DNA of 64,000 bases from Squalus acanthias (Eukaryota). Where the stretch lies: the NCBI GenBank assembly GCA_030390025.1, contig CM059425.1, positions 174,778,001 to 174,842,000 on the forward strand. Direction: 5' to 3'. Made by a program: the position numbers and the translations under genes. Position 1 is the stretch's first letter. Every line of letters begins with the position of its first letter. Under the pieces are notes generated by a model. The model ran no database searches and was not told where the DNA came from. It was given only the letters and a program-made list of their open reading frames with translations. Positions 51,610 to 63,614 of this stretch are shown piece after piece.

Positions 51610-52010
51610 TCAACTTGGCTCAGCACTAACATTTGTGCTTCTCTGAATCAGAAGGTTGTGGGTTGAACCCGCACTGCAGGACTTAGCCCATAATATTAGC
51701 TGCATTGTCAGAGGTGCTATCTTTTAGACAAGGTGTATAACATGTTCAGGGGAATGTGAAATGTACCATGATGCTAGTCAAAGAAGAGCTGGGGAGTTCT
51801 CCAGGCCAGTGTTTATCCCTCAATCAACATCGCCAAGAACAGATAAACTTGTTATTTATCTTGTTGCTATTTGTGAAACCTTGCTGTGTGCAAATTGGCT
51901 GCCATATTTCCCTATGTAACAACAGTGACTACACTGTTATTCATTGGCTGTGAATTGCATTTGGGTGTCCTGAGGGCACAAAAGGTGCTATATAAATGCA
52001 AGTTCTTTCT
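51610..52010 (+). mobile_element. tRNA-derived Deu-domain-type SINE with L2-like tail
   Basis: TGGCTCAG A-box, GAATCAGAAGGTTGTGGGTTGAACCC head, TGCATTGTCAGAGGTGC body, GCTATATAAATGCAAGTTCTTTC tail. Confidence 0.7.
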
Positions 52011-52846
52011 TGTGTTTGAGTGATGCCTTAATCAAACTCAATAGATATAGACTATTCCACAACCCACACTGGTTGAATGGCGCTACTCTGTTTTATAGTT
52101 CATGATTCTAAGCAGGGCAAGCTTCGCAGGTGTAATTCTTCAATTTTAAAAAATTATATTAATTAAATTATGCATTGCAAAGCATAATTTCTTTTCCATA
52201 TGATTACTTATGGCGGACCAAATTAGGTTTAATAGAAAAAAATGAAAATGATGTATGGCAATTTACTGCGTTTCCCCTTAACCAGCATACGAGGTCAAAA
52301 AATCGCAGGTATTAACATGGATCTCACCACTCTGTAACACAGTATATAGAAGAACCAGGACAAATTTTTCATTTAAAAAAATTTTAGCACTAGTTGATCT
52401 CCTATGGAGTTGCTCATGCCAAGTTGGAGGAAAAGTTGCTTTATCTATCCAATGGTTTAGTCTACAGTGAGCATGAGAACCTCTGCTATTACTTCTATCC
52501 CTCACTGTTAACTGCTTACCCTCTGGTTTGTCTTGTGCAATACCGTCCCGCCACACAGTCTCCTCCCCTGCCACCCCTACCCCCTTGTCTTCTCACCTCT
52601 CCCCTCATCCCGCCTAAACTTCAGCTGTTGACTTCCTCCATGACTGCCTACCTGCTCCCTCATTGATTACTCCCTGCCTCGCGCACCCTTCCCACAAGCC
52701 TCATTTTCTTATCCTGACAGAGTATTGTCACTGTGGCTTTTAATGTTTAATATGCTTCATCGTGTGTGTTTCTTGCCTTTGTAATGACTGTTGTGAATTC
52801 TTTAATTAAAGGCTTTTCCAGATTTATTAGAAAGTGGCAAAGACTA

Positions 52847-54054
52847 TGACCAGAAATTATGGTTGGAGGCTTCCCGCGGGCGAATGCCTCCGAACCGCAA
52901 GTAAAATCCATACTTACCTGATGGCCCCGGACCTAAGAAGACTCGTGCTCCTGGGCCTGCAGGCGTATGCCTGTGAAAAGGCCCACATTTCCCAGGGGCA
53001 TATGCAGTTCGCAAGCATCCCTGGGATCACGTGGGCCAGCCCAACCAATCAAAAAGGGAGATTCCCATTCTGGATTCCATTTACATACGGAAACCACATA
53101 AGCAGAATAGGAATCCCCTAAAAATACACTATCACAGCACTTAAATAAAAATAAATGATCACATGTTTAAAATGAATTAAAATACAGGAAACTCTTTCGT
53201 ATCCGGCACCTACGGGACCGGGATGGTGCCGGTAGATTAAAAATTCCGGATAACGGAGAGGTATACCTACCGAGGCAATTTATATATCGGCCGACATCAG
53301 ACCAGAAGAAGGTAATTCTGTGGGGGTGTTCCGAACTCCGGAGGGGAGGTGGGACATGGAGTGGCAATGGCCCAAGCTGGTTTTGTAAAAGCCAAAGGAG
53401 CACACCTGCTTATTCTGGCCCCACAGGTATACAGTAAAACTTACCTTTGGGTTCCTCTTTGGCTGGACGGCCAGCTGATACTGTGCGGGGAAGATTGCAA
53501 CGCCCACAGCGACGGCGGGAACAAGTGGTAAGTCATTCCCCACCATTTTCGGGACACTACTGCCCCGTTCCTTCTGGGGCGGAAGCCTCAAAACCTACTG
53601 CTGAATTTTGCCGGTTATTAAAGAATTCCGGATGGTTAAGTGCCGTTTAAACAAGAGTTTACTGTACAATTTAATTAAACATTTAAAACAAAAATTTAAT
53701 TTTTTGAAAAATAAATTTAAAGCTTTCTAAAAGGGCCAAAAATAACCTAAACTAATTTTAAAGGGTTTTTGAATGTTTAAATGATTAAAAAAAAATTATT
53801 TAATATTTATTTAAACCCTTACACTGGTAAAAGAAGACCTTACGCCTGCTTTTACCAGGCGTAAGAGTTTTGTGGGCATTCACTGGGCAGTAGTTGTGCA
53901 AATAGCCCAATCCTGTGCCAGCGAATGTCCATTTCCTGCGGATGGGCACGATCTGTCAAGCTGAAATTTGATCGATCGTAAGTTCTGGGTTTTCTCGCAT
54001 GCGGAAACCCGGAACTTGTGCATACGCAGTCATAGTCCCCGGAAAATCCGGGCC
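52847..54054. mobile_element. MITE-like element (relative of 11220-11965) hosting a nested pogo/Tigger-type MITE
   Basis: TGACCAGAAATTATGG ... CCGGAAAATCCGGGCC ends; shared internal palindrome at ~53824-53858. Confidence 0.7.
53185..53664. mobile_element. Tc1/mariner-pogo (Tigger-like) MITE with TA TSD
   Basis: TA|CAGGAAACTCTT...CGGCAC and GTGCCG...AAGAGTTTACTG|TA; ~28-bp imperfect TIRs. Confidence 0.78.
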
Positions 54055-54499
54055 TGTATTTTAATAAAAAGTAATAAAGGCTGCTGGCAATCGATCAATA
54101 AACTATGTTTACTGAAATCGATATACTCATGAACACACTCCATAAGGATAGGTTGACATCACTGCAGCACATCCTGGTCATTGAAATGTTCTTGTGCACT
54201 GTATAAAGAGAAAAGCCCTTTTAACAGATATTGCTGAAAAAGAATTAAAATAATTGTAGACTAATTTAAACCGATGTTCTGAGGAATGATGGATGAATTT
54301 TAATGTAAAAATAAATCTAACATATTAAGGAATAGGAAACATGTACCTTGTAAAATATGCTCATTAGAGGATATGCAAAACATACTAATGAACGCACTTC
54401 ACATGGTACATGTTTCATATTCCATAATTTATTGTGACAATTGATGACTCGATACCTCTGTTCTGTGGTGAATTAAATTTTATCACAACTGCCTCCTCC

Positions 54500-56030
54500 T
54501 TCACTACTACATTGCCAGGATCCTCTTCTCTAGTGAAGATAGAGGGAAAGACCTCAGCCTCCATTTTAGTCTCTAATTGGCGCAAACCTTCCTTTGATTA
54601 CCCTTTTACTGTTTATATGTCTGTAAAAGACTTTTGGGTTCCCTTTTCTGTTGGCCGCTATTCTCATTCTCATACTCTCTCTTTGCCCCTCTTTGTTCCC
54701 TTTTCAGCTTGGATGTCTACTGTATTATCAACCTTACATTGTCATAGCCTCCTTTTTCTGTTTCATTTTGATCTTTATATCTTTAGTCATCCAGGGAGCT
54801 TGAGCTTTGGCTGTCCTTTTCCCCTTGCAGGAATGTGTCTACTCTGTACTTGAACTATCTCCTCTTTGAGGGTCTCCTCCCATTGGTCAGTTACTATTTT
54901 ACTACCAATGTTTGATTCCAATCCACCTGGGCCAGATTTCTTTTTAACACACTGAATTTAGTCCTCCTCTACTTAAGTATTTTTACACTTGATTGTTCCT
55001 TGTCCTTTTCCATAACTATTCTAAACCTGATATTATGATCACTATTCCCCAAATGCTCCCCCACTGAAACATGCTCCACTTGCCCCACTTCATTCCCCAG
55101 AACTAGATACATACTAGGATAATTTAAGTCCCCCATTACCACTACTCTACAGTTCTTGCATCTTTCTGTAATTTACTTGCAAATTTGCTCCTCTGTCTCC
55201 TTCCCACTATTTGGTGGCCTACAGTATGCACCCAGTGGTGTAATAGCTCCTCTGTTGTTCCTTAATTCTAACCAAATAGATTCTGTCTTTGACCCCCCAC
55301 AACTACATCATCCCTTTCTAGTGTTATAATAGTTTCTTTGATCAGTAGTGCCAGCCCCCCTCGATTTTTTTCCTTCCCTGTTTGCTGAATACCTTGCAGT
55401 CAGGAATATCAAGTTCTCAGTCCTCTCCTTCTTTGGGCCAGGTCTCTGTTCTTGCCACTATATCATAGTCCCACGTGGCAACTTGTGCCAACCCTATTTA
55501 CCACGCTATGTGAATTTACGTACGTGCACTCCAAACCCACCTTAGACTGCCTCATATTTACTCTCTGTCTGATCCCTCCTATTTTTGAACTATTCTTTAC
55601 TCTAATTTGTGTCTCCCCGTCCTCTGTGCACCTTGTTTCTCCTCTCTAATGTTTCATCCTGGTGCCCAGCCCCCTGCCAAATTAATTTAAACCTTCCCCC
55701 ACAGCACTAGTTAACTTCCCTGTGAGGAGATTGGTCCCAGCTCTGTTGAGGTGCAACCCATCCAGCTCCCTCCTGCTCCTGAACTGGTCCCAATGCCGCA
55801 GGATTCTGAAGCTCTCCCTCCTGCTTCATTTCTCCGGCCATGTGTTAACCAGTTTTATCCGTCTATTCCTATACTAAGTAGTGCATGGCAGTGGGAGTAC
55901 TCCAGAGATTACTACCTTTTGAGGTCCTCCTTAGCTCCTGAAACTCGACTGCAGAACCTCAACCCTTTTCCCGATGTCATTGGTTCCCACATGGACCACG
56001 ACTTCTGGCTGTTCCCCTTCCCTCACCCTC
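54500..56030 (-). mobile_element. CR1 LINE fragment (ORF1 esterase end and APE region with internal deletions)
   Basis: EQPEVVVHVGTNDIGK (55931..56146); antisense APE-like segments. Confidence 0.72.
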
Positions 56031-56983
56031 CCAGTGAAAAGATGATGGAGAGGGTCCAGATCTGTCGAGGTGCTGACAGATACACATAATTTAGATATAA
56101 CCTGTCTTTTTGACTTGAACTGTGAGCGCATGTGACTACTGGACATGGGGGCAGGATTAGTGAACCTAGAATGAAACTAGAAACTACGAATATGTTTTTC
56201 TGATAGAGACCATGTGGTACAGACTCCTAGCCAAACAATTGATGCTGTGGTGATTAACTCCTTCAAAAATGCCAAATAAATTGTTGGGCTTGGATTCTAT
56301 GGACTGAGATGATCAAATATTCCAGAGAACAGAATGATTTCTGTGCTTCCGGCACTGACTGATGGGATTTGTCCATGGAGGGCATCTGGCCATGGTTGAA
56401 TGCTGAAGATGTGGATTAATTGATATTCTGCAATTTTACTTGATTATCTTTGAGAATCAAATAGAAATTGGGCAGAACTTTGCGGAGGGGATTAAATCAA
56501 TAGAGCAAAATCCATCATGAGGTAGATTGCTCATGTTCTGTGGTAAGGACGGGCTTGATGGGCCAAAATTGCCTTTTCTTATTCCTTGGTTTCTTAATTT
56601 CCTATGGCTTCAGAGGCAATACAATAAGATGCATAATGCTCGTGGAGAGGCAGAATTCTGCAAATTTTCTGTAAAAGTAACAGTGAACTTAAGACTTTAT
56701 AATCTTGCCTTCAGTGCAATTATGTTAGGTGTGATTTAAATATTGGAGATCAAAGGCTAAACTACAATTCAAAGGGAGCTAACAGGAAGAAATTAAACCA
56801 AAAGTTACATCTGCTATCATAATCTGGCAAATGTGAATAATTTAAAGTCTTGGAAGCTGAAATGTGCAGTTTTTAATTGGCACACTGTAAACTCATTGTC
56901 AGTTTTGTAACAAGCCATGTTCCAACGATAGAAGTGTAGCTAATATATCTGTATTTTTTAAACAGGTCAGTGTCTAGTTCAGG

Positions 56984-57124
56984 ATGGCTGCATCATCAGC
57001 TTCATATGATCAGCTCCTGAAGCAGGTAGAGGCACTTAAAATGGAGAATTCAAATCTGCGACAGGAATTAGAGGACAACTCAAACCATCTGACACAACTA
57101 GAGACAGAGGCATCCAACATGAAG
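56984..57124 (+). CDS. APC: Adenomatous polyposis coli protein, first coding exon (exon 56966-57124; N-terminal oligomerisation coiled coil); gene continues beyond the window
   Basis: MAASSASYDQLLKQVEALKMENSNLRQELEDNSNHLTQLETEASNMK, near-identical to the human APC N-terminus; acceptor TTTTTTAAACAG at 56965, 18-nt UTR portion, phase-0 donor AAG|GTACAT. Not in the ORF track because it is under 60 aa. Confidence 0.97.
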
Positions 57125-57970
57125 GTACATTTCAGTTTTCTGTAAAACTGAAAATCATTTTGCATCTTGGACAGACGTGTTCCTACAGTATGTTTTGGGT
57201 TAGGCATATGGCATTAGAAAAAGTTGTCCAAGAGTGACATTGCGTAATTTGATGTGGTTGAGTTTTGTTATGTGCAGTTCGGTGGTTAAGATGCTGAGGA
57301 CTGACCTCATTACAGCAGACTTGAAGCCTGTTGGGTTCAATTTTTTCCTGCATCTGTCAAAAGCATTCTATTGCTGTTAAGAGGAGCTCATATTTTAAGA
57401 TAAATCCACAATTAAAAGCAGGCACATGCTGGAGTTCCCAAAATGCGTTACAGTGAAATTGTAAGATGTCGTCTGTACTTGCCATTCTGAGGCTGATAAG
57501 TACAGAATAAAATTACTGCCTGTAAGACTGCTATCATAATGCCTGCTTAGAATTACAAAGATAACTATAGAGGGAGTAGTTCTTCCTTCCATAGAAATCT
57601 ACCGTCTCCCCATCACTGTGTCCTACTACCTTTTGAAAGATTCGAGAGTTTTTGCCTTCATTACCCTACCTGAAAGACAATTTCACCTATCGATCACTTT
57701 TTGTGTGAAGTGCTTCCCAACATCAGTCCTGAATTTGTATTTTCGTATGTGTACATATATCCATCCCCTTGCCTTTCAGTCTTGTATTTTGAAATAGTGG
57801 TCAGATTCGCTTTTTTATCTTCTTAATAACTTTTATGTTTCTGTAAAGCTCCCCTCTCGTGTCTTTTCAAGGCTGAAGGATCCCAAGTTTTTCTAAACTT
57901 TTCTCAACTCCTTCCTCAGACAGTAAGGGTCAGCCTCCTGGCCCTTCCATGGCTTGCATATCCCCTAGTT

Positions 57971-58726
57971 CAGTGTTTCTCAAACTGGGGTCTGTAGAGA
58001 CTTTCCAGAGGGTCGGCGGCTGAAGGTAATTTGAAGCCTGCTCCTCTTTATAAAACCAACACTGATTCAGTTCTTGCGAATTATTCTCAATGGTTGGGCC
58101 CACAGCTCTCACTTTGCAACGAGCACTCCCTGCCGGTTGAGCTAATTCATCTCCCTGGCGCCAAGACCCTGCGTCATCCTCCCGACACGTGATCAGAACG
58201 CCTGCGGGGCCCTTCAAACACATGCCTGAACGTGTTCACGCAAACACATACAATCCCACAGTGTAGCTGTTACAGAACATGGCAGTGGGACAGTATGGTG
58301 GTGAGTCATGCTTCCAGCAGCATTCCAGCATGTGCATGGGCGCTCGAGCCCTCACTCACCTTGGCCAGCCTGCTGATGGCTTAAACAATTGTTTAGCACT
58401 AAATGGCTAATTTTGAAGTGGGCAGGATTATTGTAAATTAAATTCAATGCAAGTAAGTGCAAATGTTGCTGCGGAGTACCCAAAATTGGTGTGAAAAGCA
58501 GGCAGACCCATCTCACTGTTACCTGTAAGTAAATACTTGTTTTCTTAAAAGCATTATTAAAACTCTTTACATGCAGCACTTTCATGTTATGAGTATTATA
58601 TAGTATTATAATTTAGATGGGGGATCCGTGATTACTAATTGATTTGAAAAGGGGTCCTTCAGAGGTCCATGATTCCTAATCGATATGAAGAGGGGTCCTT
58701 CAACCAAAAAAGTTTCAGAACCACTG
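57971..58726. mobile_element. hAT (Charlie-like) non-autonomous transposon
   Basis: TIRs CAGTGTTTCTCAAACT / AGTTTCAGAACCACTG; 8-bp TSD CCCTAGTT vs CCCTCGTT. Confidence 0.85.
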
Positions 58727-59720
58727 CCCTCGTTAGTTTGCCACCATGAATCAAAATCATTTCCCTTCTAATTTACAATACCTTGCACTTGTATTGAATT
58801 TATTTTACAATAATTCTGCCCACTTCAAAATTTTGTCTCGGTCCTTCCGTGGTTGCTTCTTACACTGGCTACTAGGAGAGAGCGCTGCACATTTGAGTTT
58901 ACACAAATGCACATAGCTTTACTCCCAGCTGGTAAATTTTTAATGTTTTTAGAGCAAGGGTGGGAATATTTATTTTCTCAAAACATCAAAAATGCTGTAC
59001 TTAAGTTTGTAAAGTTACATTTCACATGGTGTCAAGCGCAAGAAGTATCAGAAGGTCTCCAAGGGGTTTTGTGCCACTGCATTTTGGAGTCCAATCAGCA
59101 CCCAACAAAGGAGTTACACCATTGCCTGTTCCGATGTCCAGTAGAATCATGCATAAGTGTACATTCGGAGAAAGTGAGTGGATGTTTGGGGCTTTCTCAC
59201 GGGGAGAATCTTGCCGGGGGGGGGGGGGTGTGGGGGATATCATCAGCCATGTTTGCACAATAGACACACCAATTTGAGAGAGGTATTCTCTGTGCTATCA
59301 GGCAGTCTGTCCAACATGAAGTTATGGACAAGTCAGCATTGCCTCCAATTTGAACATTGGCAAGACTGAAGTGATTGAACTGAGTTTCAAAAGCATATTG
59401 TGGCCACCACCAAGACCATTTGCTTCCACCTCTGAAACAATGCCCCTCTCTGTCCTTGCGTCACTTCCACTGCAGCTGGAACCTTAATCCATGCTTTTGT
59501 CATCTGCAGAATTGATTTCTCTAAAGTCCTAATGTTTTTGGCTCTTTTTAAACCTTACCCTAGATTATTTTGGCTCTCATATCCTAGATCATTTTCAAGA
59601 ATGAGTCCCAAATCCCCAAACCTTGAAGAGTGTCGATCCTTGCCTTGATATATAGGTAAGCTTTCGGTAACATACCCAGTAATGAATGAACTAAGTCTGT
59701 TTCGTCATTTCTTTTAGATA

Positions 59721-60416
59721 CAGTCCTCACTGCTTATAGCGGATGTGTTCGTGCAAACGCAATTTGCCCGAAATACACCACGGCCGGTATAGCTCATACG
59801 GTGCCATACTTAGTATTTTGCCGCTGTGCTTTGGTTACTATCAGTAATCAGTTACTTCAAAACCAATACATATTTCTTATTTTAATTGTTTTTGTTTTTA
59901 CAAAATTCTGTTTGGAAACCATTTAGGAAGAAGTGAACAATAGCAGTAGCAGTTATCAAGATAACAGTTATCAATCTACTTTTGTAATGTTTCTGATTTT
60001 ATAAAATTACAGCCTTTTTGTATTGACTGTTAGTACAATTGACAATAATACATCCATTATAAGTTATTTCTGGAACCATGCAATAGGAGAGCTTATTGAA
60101 CTGTCACTGGGTAGGGATCAGAATAGTTATGAGTTAACGAGTTAGCGATATGACAGTATTTTCTTTTAATCTGAGGTTTGGTTTGCAGAGTTTTTCCTTG
60201 CTTTCTCTATCAGTTGGCATCAGCTAAGAATCATCTATTATGGCCATCACTACATCTTGTATCTTCTGTTTTTGCCAGAAATAAACGGAGCACATAAGAC
60301 GCTATAACCGGCAACTTTGAAATTGACGTTAATGCAAATGGATAATGGTAATCCTTCTTTGGCCGATATAAGCGTCTGCCCGTTTTAAACCTGGACGTTT
60401 TAAGTGGTGGGGACAG
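59721..60416. mobile_element. Old pogo/Tigger-like MITE with TA TSD
   Basis: TA|CAGTCCTCACTGCTTATAGCG ... CGTTTTAAGTGGTGGGGACAG|TA imperfect TIRs. Confidence 0.6.
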
Positions 60417-60739
60417 TACTGAATTACTGAATGGAGAGAGAGGGGGGGAGCGGATGGGGAGAGAGAGAAGTGGGAGCGGATGGAGAGAGAGAAGGGGAGT
60501 GGATGGAGAGAGAGAGAGAGAGAGGAGCTTATAACTTGTATGCCTCCATCAGATCCCACTTTAGTCTTGAAAAGTGACGAGTGTTAGAGCAGACCTTCTT
60601 TAAAATGTAGAATAGAAAGGAATTTATTATACGAGTACTAAGCAAGCAAATAATTTAATAGTGCTATCTATCTGTACTGTACTAAATAAGTTACATCTGT
60701 GCAGATTTCCTGTCTCCCAAAGACCTGGGCTTTGACTTA

Positions 60740-61360
60740 ATGGAAAGAGGGGAAGGGGCAAGCGGATGGAGAGAGCGAGGGGCGGAATGGATAGAGAAAG
60801 AAGGGGGAGCGGGTGGAGAGAGAGAGAGAAGTGGGTGCGGATGGGGAGAGAGAGAGATGGGGGTGCGGATGGGGAGAGAGAGAGATGGGGGTGCGGATGG
60901 GGAGAGAGAGATGGGGGTGCGGATGGGGAGAGAGAGAGATGGGGGTGCGGATGGGGAGAGAGAGAGATGGGGGTGCGGATGGGGAGAGAGAGAGATGGGG
61001 GTGCGGATGGGGAGAGAGAGAGATGGGGGTGCGGATGGGGAGAGAGAGAGATGGGGGTGCGGATGGGGAGAGAGAGAGATGGGGGTGCGGATGGGGAGAG
61101 AGAGAGATGGGGGTGCGGATGGGGAGAGAGAGAGATGGGGGTGCGGATGGGGAGAGAGAGAGATGGGGGTGCGGATGGGGAGAGAGAGAGATGGGGGTGC
61201 GGATGGGGAGAGAGAGAGATGGGGGTGCGGATGGGGAGAGAGAGAGATGGGGGTGCGGATGGGGAGAGAGAGATGGGGGTGCGGATGGGGAGAGAGAGAT
61301 GGGGAGAGAGAGATGGGGGTGCGGATGGGGAGAGAGAGCTGGGGGTGCGGATGGGGAGAG
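60740..61360 (+). repeat. G-rich minisatellite, 28-bp unit ATGGGGAGAGAGAGAGATGGGGGTGCGG (26-bp variants), about 18 copies
   Basis: Directly visible tandem array at ~60833-61360; degenerate precursor-like copies at 60430-60525 and 60740-60832. Confidence 0.95.
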
Positions 61361-61567
61361 TGCGTTTTGCAACCTCAGGAAAGCCCATAGTGCTTCACAA
61401 CCAATTAAGTACTTTTGAAGTGTAGTCACTGTTGTAATGTAAGGAAACGTGGCAACCAATTTTCTTACAGCAAGGTCCCAGAAACAGCAATGAGACAAAT
61501 GACCAGATAACCTGTTTTAGTAATATTGGTTGAGGAATAATTGTTGGCCAGGACTCTCCTGCTCTTC

Positions 61568-63095
61568 ATGGAAATAGTGGATGCATTGGTTGTCATCTTC
61601 CAAAATTCTGTAGATTATGGAACAGTTCCTGCAGATTGGAGGGTGGCAAATGTAACCCCACTATTTAAAAAAGGAGGGAGAGAGAAAACAGAGAACTACA
61701 GACCGGTTAGCCTAACATCAGTAGTAGGGAAAATGCTAGAGTCTATTATAAAGGATGTGATAACAGGACACTTAGAAAATATCAACGGGATTAGACAAAG
61801 TCAACATGGATTTATGAAAGGGAAATCATGTTTGACAAACCTACTGGAGTTTTTTGAGGATGTAACTGGTAGAATAGATAAGGGAGAACCAGCGGATGTG
61901 GTGTATCTGGATTTTCAGAAGGCCTTTGATAAAGTCCCACATAAGAGGTTAGTGTGCAAAATTAAAGCACATGGGATTGGGGGTAATATACTGGCATGGA
62001 TTGAAAATTGGTTAACAGACAGGAACAGACAGTAGGAATAAATGGGTCTTTTTCGGGATGGCAGGCGGTGACTAGTGGGGTACCGCAGGGATCAGTGCTT
62101 GGGCCCCAGCTGTTCACAATATATATCAATGATTTGGATGAGGGAACCAAATGTAATATTTCCAAGTTTGCTGACGACACGAAACTAGGTGGGGTTGTGA
62201 GGAGGATGCAGAGAGGCTTCAAGGCGATTTAGACAAGTTGAGTGAGTGGGCAAATACATGGCAGTTGCAGTGTAACGTGAATAAATGTGAAGTTATCCAC
62301 TTCGGTAGGAAAAACAGAAAGGTAGAGTATTATTTAAATGGTGATAGATTGGGAAATGCTGATGTACAAAGGGACCTGGGTGTCCTTGTACACCAGTCAC
62401 AAAGCAAACATGCAGGTGCAGCAAGCAGTTAGGAAGGCAAATGGTATGTTGGCCTTCATTGCAAGAGGATTTGAGTACAGGAGCAAGGATGTCTTACTAC
62501 AGTTGTACAGGGCCTTGGTGAGACCACATCTGGAGTATTGTGTGCAGTTTTGGTCTCCTTACCTAAGAAAGGATATACTTGCCATAGAGGGAGTGCAGCG
62601 AAGGTTCACCAGACTGATTCCTGGGATGGCAGGACTGTCGTATGAGGAGAGATTGGGTCGACTAGGCCTGTATTCACTGGAGTTTAGAAGAATGAGAGGG
62701 GATCTCATTGAAACGTATAAAATTCTGACAGGGCTAGACAGACTGGATGCAGGGAGGATGTTTCCCCTGGCTGGGGGGGGTCTAGAACGAGGGGTCACAG
62801 TCTCAGGATACGGGGTAGGACATTTAGGACTGAGATGAGGAGAAATTTCTTCACTCAGAGGGTGGTGAACCTGTGGAATTCTCTACCACAGAAGGCTGTG
62901 GAGGCCAAGTCACTGAATATATTTAAGAAGGAGATAGATAGATTTCTAGACACAAAAGGCATGAAGGGGGTATGGGGAGAGAGCGGGAATATGGTATTGA
63001 GTTAGAGGATCAGCCATGATCATATTAAATGGTGGAGCAGGCTCGAAGGGCCGAATGGCCTGCTCCTGCTCCTATTTTTCTATGTTTCTATGTTG
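61568..63095 (+). mobile_element. CR1 LINE, 5'-truncated, adjoining an antisense SINE (61365-61565)
   Basis: RT ORFs 61541..62035, 62008..62232 (FADD) and 62338..62838; 3' end GGGCCGAATGGCCTGCTCC with (TTCTATG)n. Confidence 0.93.
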
Positions 63096-63614
63096 CTTTG
63101 AAAAGTACAATTGGATCTTTTACATCCAGAATAGCCATGGTGATGGATCACAAAAAATACATTAATGTGTGGAGTTCTTGGCCTTTCAAATGCATTTAGA
63201 CTCTTCCACTCCCTAGGGACATTTATGATCATTTTGTGATGTGTATGTGTCATGTGTCTACTATAATGCAAGTGAAGAATTAATGAGGCTTATTCAAAAT
63301 TGATCACGGCTTTAGTGTTGGAGCAATGTATTGTTCAGTAGCAGAGGTCTACATGTTAATTGCTGCACCTACAGCTAGATTATCCATGTATTGGAAATGT
63401 TTGATAGGGTATTACTCTGATTCTTCTGTTGACAGATTGTCAAGAACCTGTAACACTGCTTTATAGATACGTTTTTTATAGGTATTCTATGACATTATCA
63501 AGAAGGTGCTAGAAAGATAATACTGTTGCTGCAATAACCCAAAATGGCACACAAAGGAATGTTTGGAGTACAGTTTTGTGTCCATTATGATGTTTTGCTT
63601 CATGTGCCCTTAAG

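Noticed and set aside
56984-57124. APC2 instead of APC
   Set aside because: YDQLLKQ, KMENSNL, EDNSNHLT and EASNMK are APC-type residues, and an APC exon 1A homologue lies upstream.
57010-57207. 65-aa ORF on the - strand
   Set aside because: Antisense shadow of the APC exon; the real frame is on the + strand.
60833-61360. CRISPR-like array
   Set aside because: The units are contiguous with no unique spacers, there are no cas genes, and the context is a vertebrate genome.
60627-61498. Five long ORFs (201-253 aa) on both strands
   Set aside because: Artefacts of a stop-free minisatellite; the translations are pure repeats.
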